Positions 10,017-24,737 of a DNA stretch of 43,765 nucleotides are shown one piece after another. Where the stretch lies: IMG/VR virus record IMGVR_UViG_2917865565_000001, positions 1-43,765 of that record, one strand, 5' to 3'. The notes beneath the pieces are model-generated. The model ran no database searches and was not told where the DNA came from. It saw only the letters and a list, made by a program, of their open reading frames with translations. Position 1 is the first letter of the stretch. The number at the start of each line of letters is the position of its first letter. This DNA comes from a virus (taxonomy: Duplodnaviria > Heunggongvirae > Uroviricota > Caudoviricetes). The position numbers were made by a program, and so were the translations under genes.

Positions 10017-10664
10017 TCAGCGACCAATCACCACAACCTGACCACCGTCCCCTTCGTCTGCCGTGCTGATCTCCTGAGAAACCACCCGCGACCCCACACG
10101 CATTTCACCGTACAGAACAGGCAAAACATTGCCCTGAGCAACCATGTTATCCAGTGAGGAGAAATAGGTGTTCTGTTTGCCGTTATCTGTACTGGCTGCC
10201 GTGGGCGTCCTGGCTTTCGGTGCCAGCATCTGCGCCACACCTCCCAGGATCATACTGGCCCCTGCCGCATACATGCCCGATACAGCCGCGGCACCCAGCC
10301 AGCCCACAGGGTTCCACCATGCCACCGCAATCAGCGCCGCCCCCAGCACTGCCTGAAAAACACCGCCACTTTTGGCACCAGCCAGACGCGGTACGATGTG
10401 GATCACGGCACCATTTGCCAGCGGCTCATTAAGACGGGCAGATAATTCATTTTCGCCTGCATCACGCCCGGCAATGCGCACCTGATACCAGCCCTCATTC
10501 AGTTTCTGACGAAACGCCGGGAGCTGTGTGGCCAGCGCCCGGATGGCTTCGGCCCCCGTTTTCACACGAAGGTCGATGCGACGGCCAAATCGTTGCAAAT
10601 CCCCGTAAAGGCAGATGCGTGCCATGCCCGGTGACGCCAGAGGGAGTGTGTGCGTCGCTGCCAT
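10017..10664 (-). CDS. I: tail assembly protein I
   Basis: Matches lambda gpI as recalled; overlaps 3' end of K as in lambda. Confidence 0.85.
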   Translation of the reverse strand: MAATHTLPLASPGMARICLYGDLQRFGRRIDLRVKTGAEAIRALATQLPAFRQKLNEGWYQVRIAGRDAGENELSARLNEPLANGAVIHIVPRLAGAKSGGVFQAVLGAALIAVAWWNPVGWLGAAAVSGMYAAGASMILGGVAQMLAPKARTPTAASTDNGKQNTYFSSLDNMVAQGNVLPVLYGEMRVGSRVVSQEISTADEGDGGQVVVIGR

Positions 10665-11305
10665 CTATCGGTATACCTCTCTCGTTTGCTCAGTTGTTCA
10701 GGAATATGGTGCAGCAGTTCGCCGTCGCCGCAGTAAATGGCGGCATGATTCGGCACCGATGAACCAAAACAGCACAGCAGCACATCGCCCGGCTGCGCCG
10801 CTGACAACGGCACCTGATACAGCCCCGTTGCCTCCAGATTATCCAGATAGAGATTCTGGCCGTTACGCCACCAGTCATCCTCGCGATGAAAATCCGGCAT
10901 CTCTATCCCCGCCAGATGGTAAGCATCCCGGAACAGCGTGTAACAGTCCGTCACCCCGTGCTCAAAGCGCCGCCCGGTAAGATGCGGCACACAGCGGAAC
11001 TTATGAATCGCCCCCCGGCAGACCAGCCACCACGGCAAATCACTCTGCACCTGCAGCCGCCGGTCAGCCTCACTCAGCCAGGGCAGACCTCCGGGATGAC
11101 TGTGGACCAGCGCCACAATCTCACCCTGCATTTCTGCCTGCAGCCAGTCCTCCGGCGACATCCGGAAATACTCCTCCGGCTCACCGGAGATATTCACGCA
11201 GGGAAAATATCTTTCCCCCTCCGGCGTTCTCACCACGAAGCCGCACGACTCCGCTGGCGCACATCGCCGGGCGTGCGCCAGAATCGCTGATTCTGTCTCT
11301 GTCAT
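10562..11305 (-). CDS. K: tail tip assembly protein K (JAMM/MPN plus NlpC/P60-like)
   Basis: Matches lambda gpK; HSHPGG motif; internal Met49 would give the classical 199-aa product. Confidence 0.85.
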   Translation of the reverse strand: MTETESAILAHARRCAPAESCGFVVRTPEGERYFPCVNISGEPEEYFRMSPEDWLQAEMQGEIVALVHSHPGGLPWLSEADRRLQVQSDLPWWLVCRGAIHKFRCVPHLTGRRFEHGVTDCYTLFRDAYHLAGIEMPDFHREDDWWRNGQNLYLDNLEATGLYQVPLSAAQPGDVLLCCFGSSVPNHAAIYCGDGELLHHIPEQLSKRERYTDRWQRRTHSLWRHRAWHASAFTGICNDLAVASTFV

Positions 11306-11310
11306 GGGAT

Positions 11311-12009
11311 TTACTGCGAAAGTTTGTTAATGGAAAGGAAGCCGCCAAAGTTGCCGACGTTATTGCGAAACTTGCAGCCACTCAGGCATTTGCTGCATTT
11401 ATCCTTCGTGATATCGGACGTCGGCTGGTCATATTCATCCGCGACCGCCGGACCGCTATAACCGCACTCATCACCGCGATAGGTCCAGGTGCAGGTGTTG
11501 GCCAGCATGATACGTCCCGGAAAAACAGCGCCGTCCGTTTCCGTCGGCGTGGACAGTACAAAGGAGGCACTCACCGCGCTCAGTTCGCTGCACTGCTCAA
11601 TGCGCCAGCGGCTGATCACCTCCTGCTCCGGATCGGCGTCGCTGTTTCCGTTGACGAAGTTCACCGCATCCAGAAAACGGGCATAAACCTTACGCCTGAC
11701 CACCGTTCCGCAGACCAGACTCTGCAGTTCTTCCGCCATCCCGGTGACCATGCCGTGCAGGTTAGAGACCGTCAGTGTCGGACGGGCAGCACTGCCCTTG
11801 CCGTTCAGTTCAAATCCCGTCCCCTGAATGGGGTATGCCTGATACTGCCGCCCCTGCCAGGTGACCGGCTCACCTTTTTCGTTCTGCTCATTACAGAAAA
11901 AATAACGTTCACCACCGACCTCTGTCAGATCGATTTCCCAGAGCACCACGCTGGCAGACTGCTCCGCACGGGTGCATTCATTCAGTGTTTCCTGTCGGAT
12001 ATCCTGCAT
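11311..12009 (-). CDS. L: tail tip protein L
   Basis: 232 aa, matches lambda gpL. Confidence 0.9.
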   Translation of the reverse strand: MQDIRQETLNECTRAEQSASVVLWEIDLTEVGGERYFFCNEQNEKGEPVTWQGRQYQAYPIQGTGFELNGKGSAARPTLTVSNLHGMVTGMAEELQSLVCGTVVRRKVYARFLDAVNFVNGNSDADPEQEVISRWRIEQCSELSAVSASFVLSTPTETDGAVFPGRIMLANTCTWTYRGDECGYSGPAVADEYDQPTSDITKDKCSKCLSGCKFRNNVGNFGGFLSINKLSQ

Positions 12010-12338
12010 CAGTTCACCACCTGTTCAAACTCTGCGCTGAACTCAACACGCAACATACTGACCCGCGACGACCATTTTGCGCAGGTCACCTTTATCTGCC
12101 GGTAGCCATAAGGCGGCGTCCACAGAAAGGCCTTCCAGCCCCCGTGCTCAGCCAGAAACGACTCCAGCGCCGCGGCCTCCCAACGGGGAACAGAAAGCGT
12201 CACGCTGTACGTTTTCAGGTCGACATTCAGCCCGGCAGGCGCTCGCTGGGAATAGCCATCACCAAAGCGCACCTTCCTGACGGAAGGGGCCGAAGCCACA
12301 TCCATACCGGGTTTCACTTTCCAGCGGAAGGTTTTCAT
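12009..12338 (-). CDS. M: tail tip protein M
   Basis: 109 aa, matches lambda gpM. Confidence 0.9.
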   Translation of the reverse strand: MKTFRWKVKPGMDVASAPSVRKVRFGDGYSQRAPAGLNVDLKTYSVTLSVPRWEAAALESFLAEHGGWKAFLWTPPYGYRQIKVTCAKWSSRVSMLRVEFSAEFEQVVN

Positions 12339-14914
12339 CGTCCACCTCCGGAGAACAGGCCACCATCACGCATCTGTGTCTGAATTTCATCACGGGCACC
12401 CTTGCGGGCCATGTCATACACCGCCTTCAGAGCAGCCGGACCTATCTGACCGTTCGTGCCGTCGTTATTAATCACCACATGGTTATTCTGCTCAAACTTC
12501 CCGGACGCCTGCGACCGGCTGTCCGCCAGGCTGCCCGGTGTACCGACATAACCACCGGTGGCATAGCCGCGCATCAGCCGGTAGAGATTCCCCACGCCAA
12601 TCCGGCTGGTTGCCTCCTTCGTGAAGACAAATTCACCACGGTGAACAATCCCCGCTGGCTCATATTTGCCGCCGGTTCCCGTAAATCCTCCGGTCGCAAA
12701 ATGGAATTTCGCCGCAGCTGCCTGAATGGCTGTACCACCTGACGCTGATGCGCCACTACTGGCAGCACCGCCAATGGCGCTGCCGATACTCCCGACAATC
12801 CCCACCATTGCCTGCTTAAGCAGAATTTCTGTCATCATGGACAGCACGGAACGGGTGAAGCTGCGCCAGTTCTGTTCACTGCCGGTCAGCATCGCCGCCA
12901 TATTCTGTGCAATACCATCAAAGGTCTGCGTGGCTGCACTTTTAACCTGCGACATACTGTCCGTGGCGCTCTCTTCCCACTCACTCCAGCCTGACCTGAG
13001 GCCTGCCATCCAGCTCCCGCGAAGCTGGTCTTCAGCCGCCCAGGTCTTTTTCTGCTCTGACATGACGCTATTCAGCGCCAGCGGATTATCGCCATACTGT
13101 TCCTTCAGGCGCTGTTCCGTGGCGTCCCGCGCTGCCTGCCGGTCAGTCAGCCCCCGGTTTTTCGCCTCAATGGCTGCCCGTTTTGCCCGTTGCTGCTGTG
13201 CGAATTTATCCGCCTGCTGCGCCAGCGCGTTCAGGCGCTCCTGATACGTGACCTTGTCACCAAGTGCAGCCAGCTGGCGTTTGTACTCCAGCGTCTCATC
13301 TTTATGCGCCAGCAGGGATTTCTCCTGTGCGGACAGCTGGCGACGTTGTGCCGCCTCCTCCAGTACCGCGAACTGACTTTCTGCCTTCCACATATCCCGG
13401 CGCTGCTGGCTGATTTTCTCATTCGCTCCGGCATGCTTCTCCAGTGTCCGGAGTTCTGCCTGAAGCGTCAGCAGGGCAGCATGAGCACTGTCTTCCTGAC
13501 GATCGCCCGCAGACACTTTCACGCCGGACTGCTTCGGCTTTTTCAGCGTCGCTTCATAGTCCTTTTTCGCCGCCGCCATCAGCGTGTTGTAATCTGCCTG
13601 CAGGATTTTTCCGTCTTTCAGTGCCTTATTCAGTTCCTCCTGGCGGGCGGTATATTTCTCCAGCGGTGTCTGCAGGCGTTCGTAAGCCTTCTGCGCCTCT
13701 TCGGTATATTTCAGCCGTGATGCCTCAGACTCGGCCCGATCTTTTGCTGCCATCTCACTGGCCTTTTCAAGATCTGCCTGCAACGTGGCGGCTGAAAGCC
13801 CAAGTCGCGCATTCTCTCTCTTCTCCCATGCCCCCCGAAGATTGGCAAGAAATGCTGACGTTTTACCGCGCCGGTGGCTCCGGCTCTGATACCACTGCCA
13901 TTTTTTATCCGCTTCATCAAAAGCTTTTTCAGCTTTGGCGAGCATATCAGCAGAGGAGTCCGGGCGGCCAATATCCAGCACCGCATCCCACATGGATTTG
14001 AATGCCTGTGCAGTCCTGTCTGCCCAGGTCTCCAGCGTACCCATGTTATCTTTCAGTTTACGGGTCTGGTCATCAAACCCTTTCGTTGCGGCCTCGTTCG
14101 CCGCCTGCAATGCCCCGGCTTCATCGCCGGAACGCTGCAACTGAGCAACATATGCAATCTGCTCCGCCGTCACGTTATGGAACTGGCGCGCCATCGCCGT
14201 CAGCCCCGACGTCGGGTCAGTGGTCAGCTTCCCGAAGGCTTCAGCGACCTTGTCCACCTCCACGCCGGATGCAGAGGAGAAACGCGCCACACTCTGGCTG
14301 ATGGACGCAATCTGAGCCTCGCCGCTTACCCCCGCCTTAACCAGTGCGCTGAGTGACTCGCTTGTCTGGTTAAACGTCAGCCCTGCGGCCTGCCCGGCTC
14401 TGGACAGGACCAGCATACGATCTGCCGTCAGTCCCGCCTGATTACCGGAAAGGACCAGCGTTTTATTGAAATCGGACAGGGTTGAGTCACCCTGATACCA
14501 GGCATACGCCAGCGCACCGGTCGCCACCGCCAGCGAAGTGATACCAACCATCGGCAGGGTGATCGCACCGGCAAGCCCCCTGAACATGGGGATCATCCCG
14601 CCGAAGGAGTCCTTCACCTGACCACCCTGTTGCAGCAGGATCAGCCACGGATTCTGCCCCCCTGCAAGCTGTGTGGCCACGTCGGTGAACTGCGCAGGCA
14701 GCATACGCATGGCGGCTTTATACTGCCCGACGGAAATCCCCGCTTTCTGTGCAGCCAGCGCCTGCCGGTTCATTGACTGTTCAACGACTGCCGCTGTTTT
14801 TTTCGCATCAGTTTCCGTACCGGAAAAATGACGCCTGACTCTGGCCATCTGCTCGTCAAATCTGGCCGCATCCAGACTTAAATCAACGACCAGATCGCCT
14901 ACCGGTTCAGCCAT
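12335..14914 (-). CDS. H: tail tape-measure protein H
   Basis: 859 aa, matches lambda gpH. Confidence 0.9.
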   Translation of the reverse strand: MAEPVGDLVVDLSLDAARFDEQMARVRRHFSGTETDAKKTAAVVEQSMNRQALAAQKAGISVGQYKAAMRMLPAQFTDVATQLAGGQNPWLILLQQGGQVKDSFGGMIPMFRGLAGAITLPMVGITSLAVATGALAYAWYQGDSTLSDFNKTLVLSGNQAGLTADRMLVLSRAGQAAGLTFNQTSESLSALVKAGVSGEAQIASISQSVARFSSASGVEVDKVAEAFGKLTTDPTSGLTAMARQFHNVTAEQIAYVAQLQRSGDEAGALQAANEAATKGFDDQTRKLKDNMGTLETWADRTAQAFKSMWDAVLDIGRPDSSADMLAKAEKAFDEADKKWQWYQSRSHRRGKTSAFLANLRGAWEKRENARLGLSAATLQADLEKASEMAAKDRAESEASRLKYTEEAQKAYERLQTPLEKYTARQEELNKALKDGKILQADYNTLMAAAKKDYEATLKKPKQSGVKVSAGDRQEDSAHAALLTLQAELRTLEKHAGANEKISQQRRDMWKAESQFAVLEEAAQRRQLSAQEKSLLAHKDETLEYKRQLAALGDKVTYQERLNALAQQADKFAQQQRAKRAAIEAKNRGLTDRQAARDATEQRLKEQYGDNPLALNSVMSEQKKTWAAEDQLRGSWMAGLRSGWSEWEESATDSMSQVKSAATQTFDGIAQNMAAMLTGSEQNWRSFTRSVLSMMTEILLKQAMVGIVGSIGSAIGGAASSGASASGGTAIQAAAAKFHFATGGFTGTGGKYEPAGIVHRGEFVFTKEATSRIGVGNLYRLMRGYATGGYVGTPGSLADSRSQASGKFEQNNHVVINNDGTNGQIGPAALKAVYDMARKGARDEIQTQMRDGGLFSGGGR

Positions 14915-15341
14915 ACCGGACTCCTCCTGCGATCCCTTCTGATACTGTCATCAGCATTACGTCATCCTCCGTCATGTCCGCCACATCCGGGGAGGCGGGG
15001 ATAACTTCATTCCCGTCCGGACCAAAACGAACACCTCCGGCAAGCCCTGCCGCTTTCTGCATCAGCACATCACCTTCAGGCTCTTCGTCAGCCTCACACC
15101 GGTTCAGCAGACTGAAATCCAGCGGATGCATATCCGGATCGCTGAAAAACAGGCTGAGCACGGTGTACGTCAGCCCGGAAAAGTGCATATCCAGCAGAAC
15201 ATCATGAAAATAATGGGTACTGTAAAAGCGGTGCCAGTCGGCATACTCCGTGGATGACATCCCGGCAAGCATGGCGCGCCAGTCGGGTCGCCCCATCTCA
15301 CGCGCCAGTTTCAGGGCAAAACTCAGCTCACCGTCGAACAC
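14907..15341 (-). CDS. T: tail assembly chaperone T portion, expressed as G-T fusion by -1 frameshift
   Basis: ORF opens at GTG directly after the slippery heptamer; sequence matches lambda T. Confidence 0.8.
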   Translation of the reverse strand: MFDGELSFALKLAREMGRPDWRAMLAGMSSTEYADWHRFYSTHYFHDVLLDMHFSGLTYTVLSLFFSDPDMHPLDFSLLNRCEADEEPEGDVLMQKAAGLAGGVRFGPDGNEVIPASPDVADMTEDDVMLMTVSEGIAGGVRYG

Positions 15342-15736
15342 TTTCCCGCAGAAACAGGCTCTGCAGGCCCGGCGTCATCTGCCTGTTCAGGGGCATTATT
15401 CACCACAAACTCATACATACCGGACAGCCGGTACACCACGTTTTCAGCATGAGAAATTGCCTCTGTGGGCCAGGTGGTAAGCACTTCCTGCTCAATCTGT
15501 TTAACGGCTTCATTCATGGACGGCATCTGCGTCTTCTTCGGATGGTTATGCCACAGAGACATCGCCACCACAAAAGCGCCGGTTCTGATGACGTCTTCCA
15601 CAGTAAACTTCCGGTTGCTGTCGGATTCTGCCTGCTGTTTCATCAGGGCGAGATGCTCAATACGCTGCAGGGCTGACAGTTCAGAAAGCGTGACGGTCAC
15701 GCCGTTATATTCAAATGATTCGGTTTTCAGGAACAT
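15323..15736 (-). CDS. G: tail assembly chaperone G
   Basis: 137 aa, matches lambda gpG. Confidence 0.85.
   Translation of the reverse strand: MFLKTESFEYNGVTVTLSELSALQRIEHLALMKQQAESDSNRKFTVEDVIRTGAFVVAMSLWHNHPKKTQMPSMNEAVKQIEQEVLTTWPTEAISHAENVVYRLSGMYEFVVNNAPEQADDAGPAEPVSAGKCSTVS
15341..15347 (-). other. programmed -1 ribosomal frameshift slippery site G GGA AAG (G to G-T)
   Basis: Plus-strand ctttccc, i.e. GGGAAAG on minus strand, at the G/T overlap. Confidence 0.75.
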
Positions 15737-15751
15737 CGCTGACTCTCCGGA

Positions 15752-16492
15752 TTAACTGGCGGTGACGGTGATTTCTGCAACAGCAGCAAGTTCACCATTA
15801 CCGGATACGACCGGAATGTTGACCTTGCCTGCAGCAACGCCGTTCACGGTGATGGTCATACCACTGACCGACACGGTGGCTTTTGTTTTATCCGAAGACA
15901 CCGCACGGAAGCTCTTGTCGGTTACGCCTTCCGGCTGGAATGCCACGGTCAGCGTGGTGCTCTGCCCTTTCACTACAGAAGCACTGGCTGGCGTTACCGT
16001 CATGCCGGTTGCCGCCGTCACCGTACTGCGATCTTCAGCCATCGACGGGCGTCCCACATTGGTGACCTTCACCGTGCGGGTGATCACTTCCTTCGCCGTC
16101 ACCGCCTTACCGATACTGCTGACCCAGCCACGGAACACATCGACCGTGCCGTTCGGGAAGCGGATTTTATAGGCACGGGTATCACCTTCATTAAACCACG
16201 CCAGCAGCGCCTGCTGCCCCTGCTCTCCGGGCATCCACGCCAGCGTGAAGCTGGTATCTCCGGCAGATTTCTGCCCCTGCCCGGTCGCAGTCCAGTCTGC
16301 ATCTTCATCATCGAGATAGCTGTCGTCATAGGACTCAGCGGTCAGTTCGCCGGGCGTCAGGTCTTTAACTTTTGCCAGACGCGACCAGTCAACGTCTGAA
16401 AGCGGGTTCGCATAAGGGTCACCGTTCCCCTTATAAACCCACAGTGTGGTCCCGGCACCTTTTACCGGCATTGTTGGATTTGGTACAGGCAT
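15752..16492 (-). CDS. V: major tail protein V
   Basis: Internal start [12 protein letters not shown] gives 246 aa as in lambda. Confidence 0.9.
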   Translation of the reverse strand: MPVPNPTMPVKGAGTTLWVYKGNGDPYANPLSDVDWSRLAKVKDLTPGELTAESYDDSYLDDEDADWTATGQGQKSAGDTSFTLAWMPGEQGQQALLAWFNEGDTRAYKIRFPNGTVDVFRGWVSSIGKAVTAKEVITRTVKVTNVGRPSMAEDRSTVTAATGMTVTPASASVVKGQSTTLTVAFQPEGVTDKSFRAVSSDKTKATVSVSGMTITVNGVAAGKVNIPVVSGNGELAAVAEITVTAS

Positions 16493-16499
16493 AGCGTCC

Positions 16500-16895
16500 T
16501 CACATTTCATAGGTAATGACATAAGTCAGATCGGCTGAACTCCACAGGCCCGCATCATCGTCGCGCCGGTAGTCATAGCCACTGGCCACCATACTGGTGA
16601 TCAAATCTGACAGTGCCGGGATATCGCTCATCACCGGATAAATCCGGGACTCCATCCACGAATCCAGCTCTGAATCCGGCACCTGAGCAGGCAGGAAAAC
16701 TTCAATATGCAGCTCCGCCTGCCAGGTATCGCTGTCCAGCTCTTCGCCCGTGTATTCAGCGCCGGTGAGATAAACGGCAATTGCCGGAAAATCTTCCTCA
16801 TCAAAAACAGCGGGGCGACCATCAAAAAGCGTCGCCCCGGTGTCATGCTTCTCCAGTGCATCCAGTACGGCTGCACGGAGTTCAGTATGTTTCAT
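16500..16895 (-). CDS. U: tail terminator protein U
   Basis: 131 aa, matches lambda gpU. Confidence 0.9.
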   Translation of the reverse strand: MKHTELRAAVLDALEKHDTGATLFDGRPAVFDEEDFPAIAVYLTGAEYTGEELDSDTWQAELHIEVFLPAQVPDSELDSWMESRIYPVMSDIPALSDLITSMVASGYDYRRDDDAGLWSSADLTYVITYEM

Positions 16896-17470
16896 CGCTT
16901 TATTACCATTCTCAGTTGATGCTGCAGCGCATAGCCCAGCTCTTTCGGAAGACGTTCACGCCGTATCCGTTCAATATTCTGTTTAAACGCCGTGGTAAGC
17001 GGCACCGCCATCGGGATTTTCACCACATCAATGGGGTAACGGTTTTTCCCGGCCACACGCTGCATGACATGCCACCGGCCATTTTTCAGTTGCTGAATAA
17101 ACGCGCCGGGAATACGACGGTTACCCACCACAAGCACGCTGCCGCCACCTTTCAGGGATGAACGCTGCCCCTTTTTACGACGCCTGCGGCGGGACAGGAC
17201 AACCCGCGCATTACCCAGCTTGATTACGGGCAAATCCCCCCGGTTAACTTTGATTCTGGCCTGCGGATTTTTGACCGTGGCCCTTTTCAGCCTGGCCCTT
17301 TCCTTTACCAGTTTCCGGCGTACCTTTGTCTCACGGGCAACCTGTGACGCAGACTGCGATATCGCGGATGAAGCAACGCGGTTAATAGCCATTGCGGCGG
17401 CACCAGGCACCGCCGTTTTGCTGATACGGCTGAGGTTTTCAACGGCCTGCTCAAGACCTTTTATGGCCAT
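16892..17470 (-). CDS. Z: tail completion protein Z
   Basis: 192 aa, matches lambda gpZ. Confidence 0.9.
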   Translation of the reverse strand: MAIKGLEQAVENLSRISKTAVPGAAAMAINRVASSAISQSASQVARETKVRRKLVKERARLKRATVKNPQARIKVNRGDLPVIKLGNARVVLSRRRRRKKGQRSSLKGGGSVLVVGNRRIPGAFIQQLKNGRWHVMQRVAGKNRYPIDVVKIPMAVPLTTAFKQNIERIRRERLPKELGYALQHQLRMVIKR

Positions 17471-17481
17471 ACATCCCCCTT

Positions 17482-17835
17482 TCAGCGGCGACGGTTAACG
17501 GCAGGCGGTACGCCCCGTCCAAGCCAGAGATGACAGCTTCCGCCATCATCCGGCGAAACCCGGTCTACCCAGAAATTTTCCTCACCGATGGTCAGCGTGT
17601 CTCCACGCCGCAGCTGCCGCACCTCATCAGTCCGGACAAACAGGGACGGGCTGGAGCCTTCAACGCGCACGCCCTGTCCGGCATAGCTGATATTTTCAGG
17701 GTCATCAAAAACACCACGTATTACTGCGCCGGACTGCTCACCGGATGTAATGGTGGCTGACGTTCCCATGTACCCGCGTATCGTTTCATCGGCGCGGGCA
17801 ATGGCAGCATCGAACAGGTTATCGAAATCAGCCAC
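17482..17835 (-). CDS. FII: head-tail joining protein FII
   Basis: 117 aa, matches lambda FII. Confidence 0.9.
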   Translation of the reverse strand: MADFDNLFDAAIARADETIRGYMGTSATITSGEQSGAVIRGVFDDPENISYAGQGVRVEGSSPSLFVRTDEVRQLRRGDTLTIGEENFWVDRVSPDDGGSCHLWLGRGVPPAVNRRR

Positions 17836-17846
17836 AGCGCCTCCCG

Positions 17847-18245
17847 TTATTGCATTCTGGCCAGGCCGCGCTCTGTCATTTCGGCTGCCACACCGGCAGA
17901 GACACGAAACGCCGTTCCCGGCAGCACAAATGCCACAGTTTCATCCCGCGTGGCGTGAAGTGCATCGGTGTGCAGCGTCACCAGTGCCACGACCGTGACC
18001 AGATCAGCCGCATCCTGAATCACGGTATCCGGCTGCGCTGATACAGCCTCATTTTCATGCCCGGTCAGCACATTTTCCGGGCTGAGAGGGGTGTCCTGAC
18101 CGGCAATATCACCCGTGTCATCAAGCTCTTCTTCCAGCTCTGCCACACGGAGCGCCAGTTCTTCTTTCGTCCCCGTCAGGCTGACATCACGGTTCAGTTG
18201 CTCACCCAACGACCGGAGACGGGCAATCAGTTCATCTTTCGTCAT
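17847..18245 (-). CDS. FI: DNA packaging protein FI
   Basis: Internal start MTKDELIARL gives 132 aa as in lambda. Confidence 0.85.
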   Translation of the reverse strand: MTKDELIARLRSLGEQLNRDVSLTGTKEELALRVAELEEELDDTGDIAGQDTPLSPENVLTGHENEAVSAQPDTVIQDAADLVTVVALVTLHTDALHATRDETVAFVLPGTAFRVSAGVAAEMTERGLARMQ

Positions 18246-18286
18246 GGACTCCTCCACAGAGAGAAAATGGCCCCGAAGGGCCACGA

Positions 18287-19312
18287 TTACGCCAGTTGTA
18301 CGGACACGAACGCATCAGGGTCAGCCAGCAGCATCAGCGGTGCTGACTGAATCATGGTGAACTCACGCGCCGGATCGCCGGTGGTCACCCAGTTTTTCGG
18401 GTAGCGGGCAGAGGCGTTAATGCCTTCGCGCTGTGCGTCCGCATCCTGAATGCAGCCATAGGTGCGCAGACCGCGTGCCTGAGTGTTCCCCAGCACCATC
18501 GTGTTGTCCGGCAGGAAGTTCTTTTTGACGTCGTTTTCCACGTACTGTCCGGAATACACGACGATCGCCACATCGCCATACATCCCCTTATAGGACACCG
18601 CTTCGCCCAGGTCTTTTACCGCTGTCTCCAGCTCGGAATTAGAGCCGCGACGGGTATCCAGCTTCTCCTTGACGGCTTTGAAGGAACGGAACAGCGCCCA
18701 GCCTTTCGGATCGAACACGATGATATTCACCACACCGCTGGCGTTCAGCGCGTAGGCCTCGATATCGTCGGTCGGGTCATACGTGGACTTGTCACGCTTG
18801 CTCCACTCCGTGCCGCCGGACTGCGTGATGTTATTCGCCGCACTGCGGCCCATATCCACCTCAACCGGATCAAAGGCTTCACCGGTCATGGTGTATTTGC
18901 CCTTAAGCACGGCAGAAACTGCCTGCATCTCTTCGACCTGGGCAATGGCCAGCTCTTCATCACGCATGTTCTGCATGATGATGCGACGGCGGCGGTAAGC
19001 CGGGTCCGCCAGATTCTGCGGATCTTCATCCGGCAGGCGACGCAGGGTCATCTGCGGATTCACCTCATGCTTCGGCTTGACATATCCCGGCGTAAATTCA
19101 GAGGTGGAGCCGCCACGGGAACGGATAACCTCACCGGAAACAATCGGCGAAACGTACAGCGCCATGTTTACCAGTCCCGGAATTTGTGAGAGATAGACTT
19201 TCTCCGTGGTGAAGGGATAGCTCTCACGGAAAAAGAGACGCAGAAACAGTGGATCAAACTTAAATTTCTGCTCATTTGCCGCCAGCAGTTGGGCGGTTGT
19301 GTACATCGACAT
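18287..19312 (-). CDS. E: major capsid protein E
   Basis: Start MSMYTTAQLL; 341 aa as in lambda. Confidence 0.9.
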   Translation of the reverse strand: MSMYTTAQLLAANEQKFKFDPLFLRLFFRESYPFTTEKVYLSQIPGLVNMALYVSPIVSGEVIRSRGGSTSEFTPGYVKPKHEVNPQMTLRRLPDEDPQNLADPAYRRRRIIMQNMRDEELAIAQVEEMQAVSAVLKGKYTMTGEAFDPVEVDMGRSAANNITQSGGTEWSKRDKSTYDPTDDIEAYALNASGVVNIIVFDPKGWALFRSFKAVKEKLDTRRGSNSELETAVKDLGEAVSYKGMYGDVAIVVYSGQYVENDVKKNFLPDNTMVLGNTQARGLRTYGCIQDADAQREGINASARYPKNWVTTGDPAREFTMIQSAPLMLLADPDAFVSVQLA

Positions 19313-19367
19313 AAAAAAATCCCGTAAAAAAAGCCGCACAGGCGGCCTTTAGTGATGAAGGGTAAAG

Positions 19368-19700
19368 TTAAACGATGCTGATTGCCGTTCCGGCAAACGC
19401 GGTCCGTTTTTTCGTCTCGTCGCTGGCAGCCTCCGGCCAGAGCACATCCTCATAACGGAACGTGCCGGACTTGTAGAACGTCAGCGTGGTGCTGGTCTGG
19501 TCAGCAGCAACCGCCAGAATGCCAACGGCAGCACCGTCGGTGGTGCCATCCCACGCAACCAGCTTACGGGTGGCGGTGTCCAGCATCAGCGGGGTCATTG
19601 CAGGCGCTTTCGCACTCAATCCGCCGGGCGCGGTTGCGGTATGAGCCGGGTCACTGTTGCCCAGCGGCTGGTAATGGGTAAAGGTTTCTTTGCTCGTCAT
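19368..19700 (-). CDS. D: head decoration protein D
   Basis: 110 aa from MTSKETF, matches lambda gpD. Confidence 0.9.
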   Translation of the reverse strand: MTSKETFTHYQPLGNSDPAHTATAPGGLSAKAPAMTPLMLDTATRKLVAWDGTTDGAAVGILAVAADQTSTTLTFYKSGTFRYEDVLWPEAASDETKKRTAFAGTAISIV

Positions 19701-19709
19701 AAACATCCC

Positions 19710-21009
19710 TTACACTGGTGTGTTCAGCAAATCGTTAACGGCATCAGATGCCGGGTTACCTGCAGCCAGCGGTGCCGGTGCCCCCTGCATCAGACGATCC
19801 AGCGCAGTGTCACTGCGCGCCTGTGCACTCTGTGGTGCTGCGGCCAGAATGCGGCGGGCCGTTTCCACGGTCATACCGGGGGTTTCTGCCAGCACGCGGG
19901 CCTGTTCTTCGCGTCCGTGAGCATCCTCACAGTTGAGGATCCCCATAATGCGGCTATTTTCTGCCGCAACCGCTGCGGTGATCTGCGCGTTCACGTCCGG
20001 CTGCGCCGCGCTGGCGTTTTCGCCCTCCGTCGCTTGCACCACGGTGGTGATGTCAGCCTGCGAAGCAGTGGCTGAAACAGTTGTTGATTGAGTCTCTTTG
20101 GTCATTCGCCCTCCTGAGAGACGGGATTTACGTGCATCCAGTGCATCACGCATGACGGTGATCGCATCGGTGCTGTTAACAAGTTCATCAGCCAGTCCGG
20201 CATCAATGGCCTCCTGACCGCTGTACACTGCAGCCTCGGTATCCAGCACAGCCTGCACGGACAGGCCGGTATATGCCGACACCTTCTGCGCAAACATCTG
20301 GCGGGTTGCGTCCATCCGGGACTGCAGTGTCTCCCGGACGTCATCCGGAAGATGGCTGTAGGGGTTGCCATCCACCTTATGGCTGCCGCTGTAAATCAGC
20401 GTGATTTCCACACCCTGTTTCTCCAGCGCAGCACCGTAATTACTGTGAGCCATCATGACGCCGATGGAGCCTGTCCGGGCGGTCTGCGTGACCAGACGCC
20501 GGGAGGCGGCACTGGCAAGCAACTGACCTGCACTGCAGTTCATGTCGTTGGCAAGCGCCCATACCGGTTTTATGTCACGCACACGGGCGATGATGTCAGC
20601 GCAGTCAAATGCCCCCGCCACCATCCCGCCGGGCGTGTCCATATCGAGCAGAATGCCGTCCACCATCGGATCGCTGGCAGCCTGTTGCAGACGGGCGATA
20701 ATGCCGTTGTAACCGGTCATCCCCGAGTACGGCTGCAGCGCCCGCGTCCGGCTGACCAGCGTGCCGGACACCGGCAGCACGGCGATGCCGTTCATGACCT
20801 GATAACTGCGGGCCTGTCGTGGTCCGTCATCATCACCGGATAATGCCAGCGTCGCGAGTGCCTCCTGGGCAGTCAGGCTGTCGCCGGACACCGCATCCGT
20901 CAGGCGGCTGATCCCAAGCTGGCCTGCAAGCGCACAAAAGAAAACCCGCGCATAGGCGGGTTCAAGCATCAGCGGCTCATTAAAGGCCATGCTGGCAATA
21001 TGCGGGAGA

Positions 21010-21029
<20 letters not shown>
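19710..21029 (-). CDS. C: capsid assembly protease C (scaffold Nu3 nested in frame at 3' end)
   Basis: GTG start giving (M)TAELRNLPHIASMAFNEP and 439 aa; overlaps end of B. Confidence 0.85.
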
Positions 21030-24711
<3,682 letters not shown>

Positions 24712-24737
<26 letters not shown>

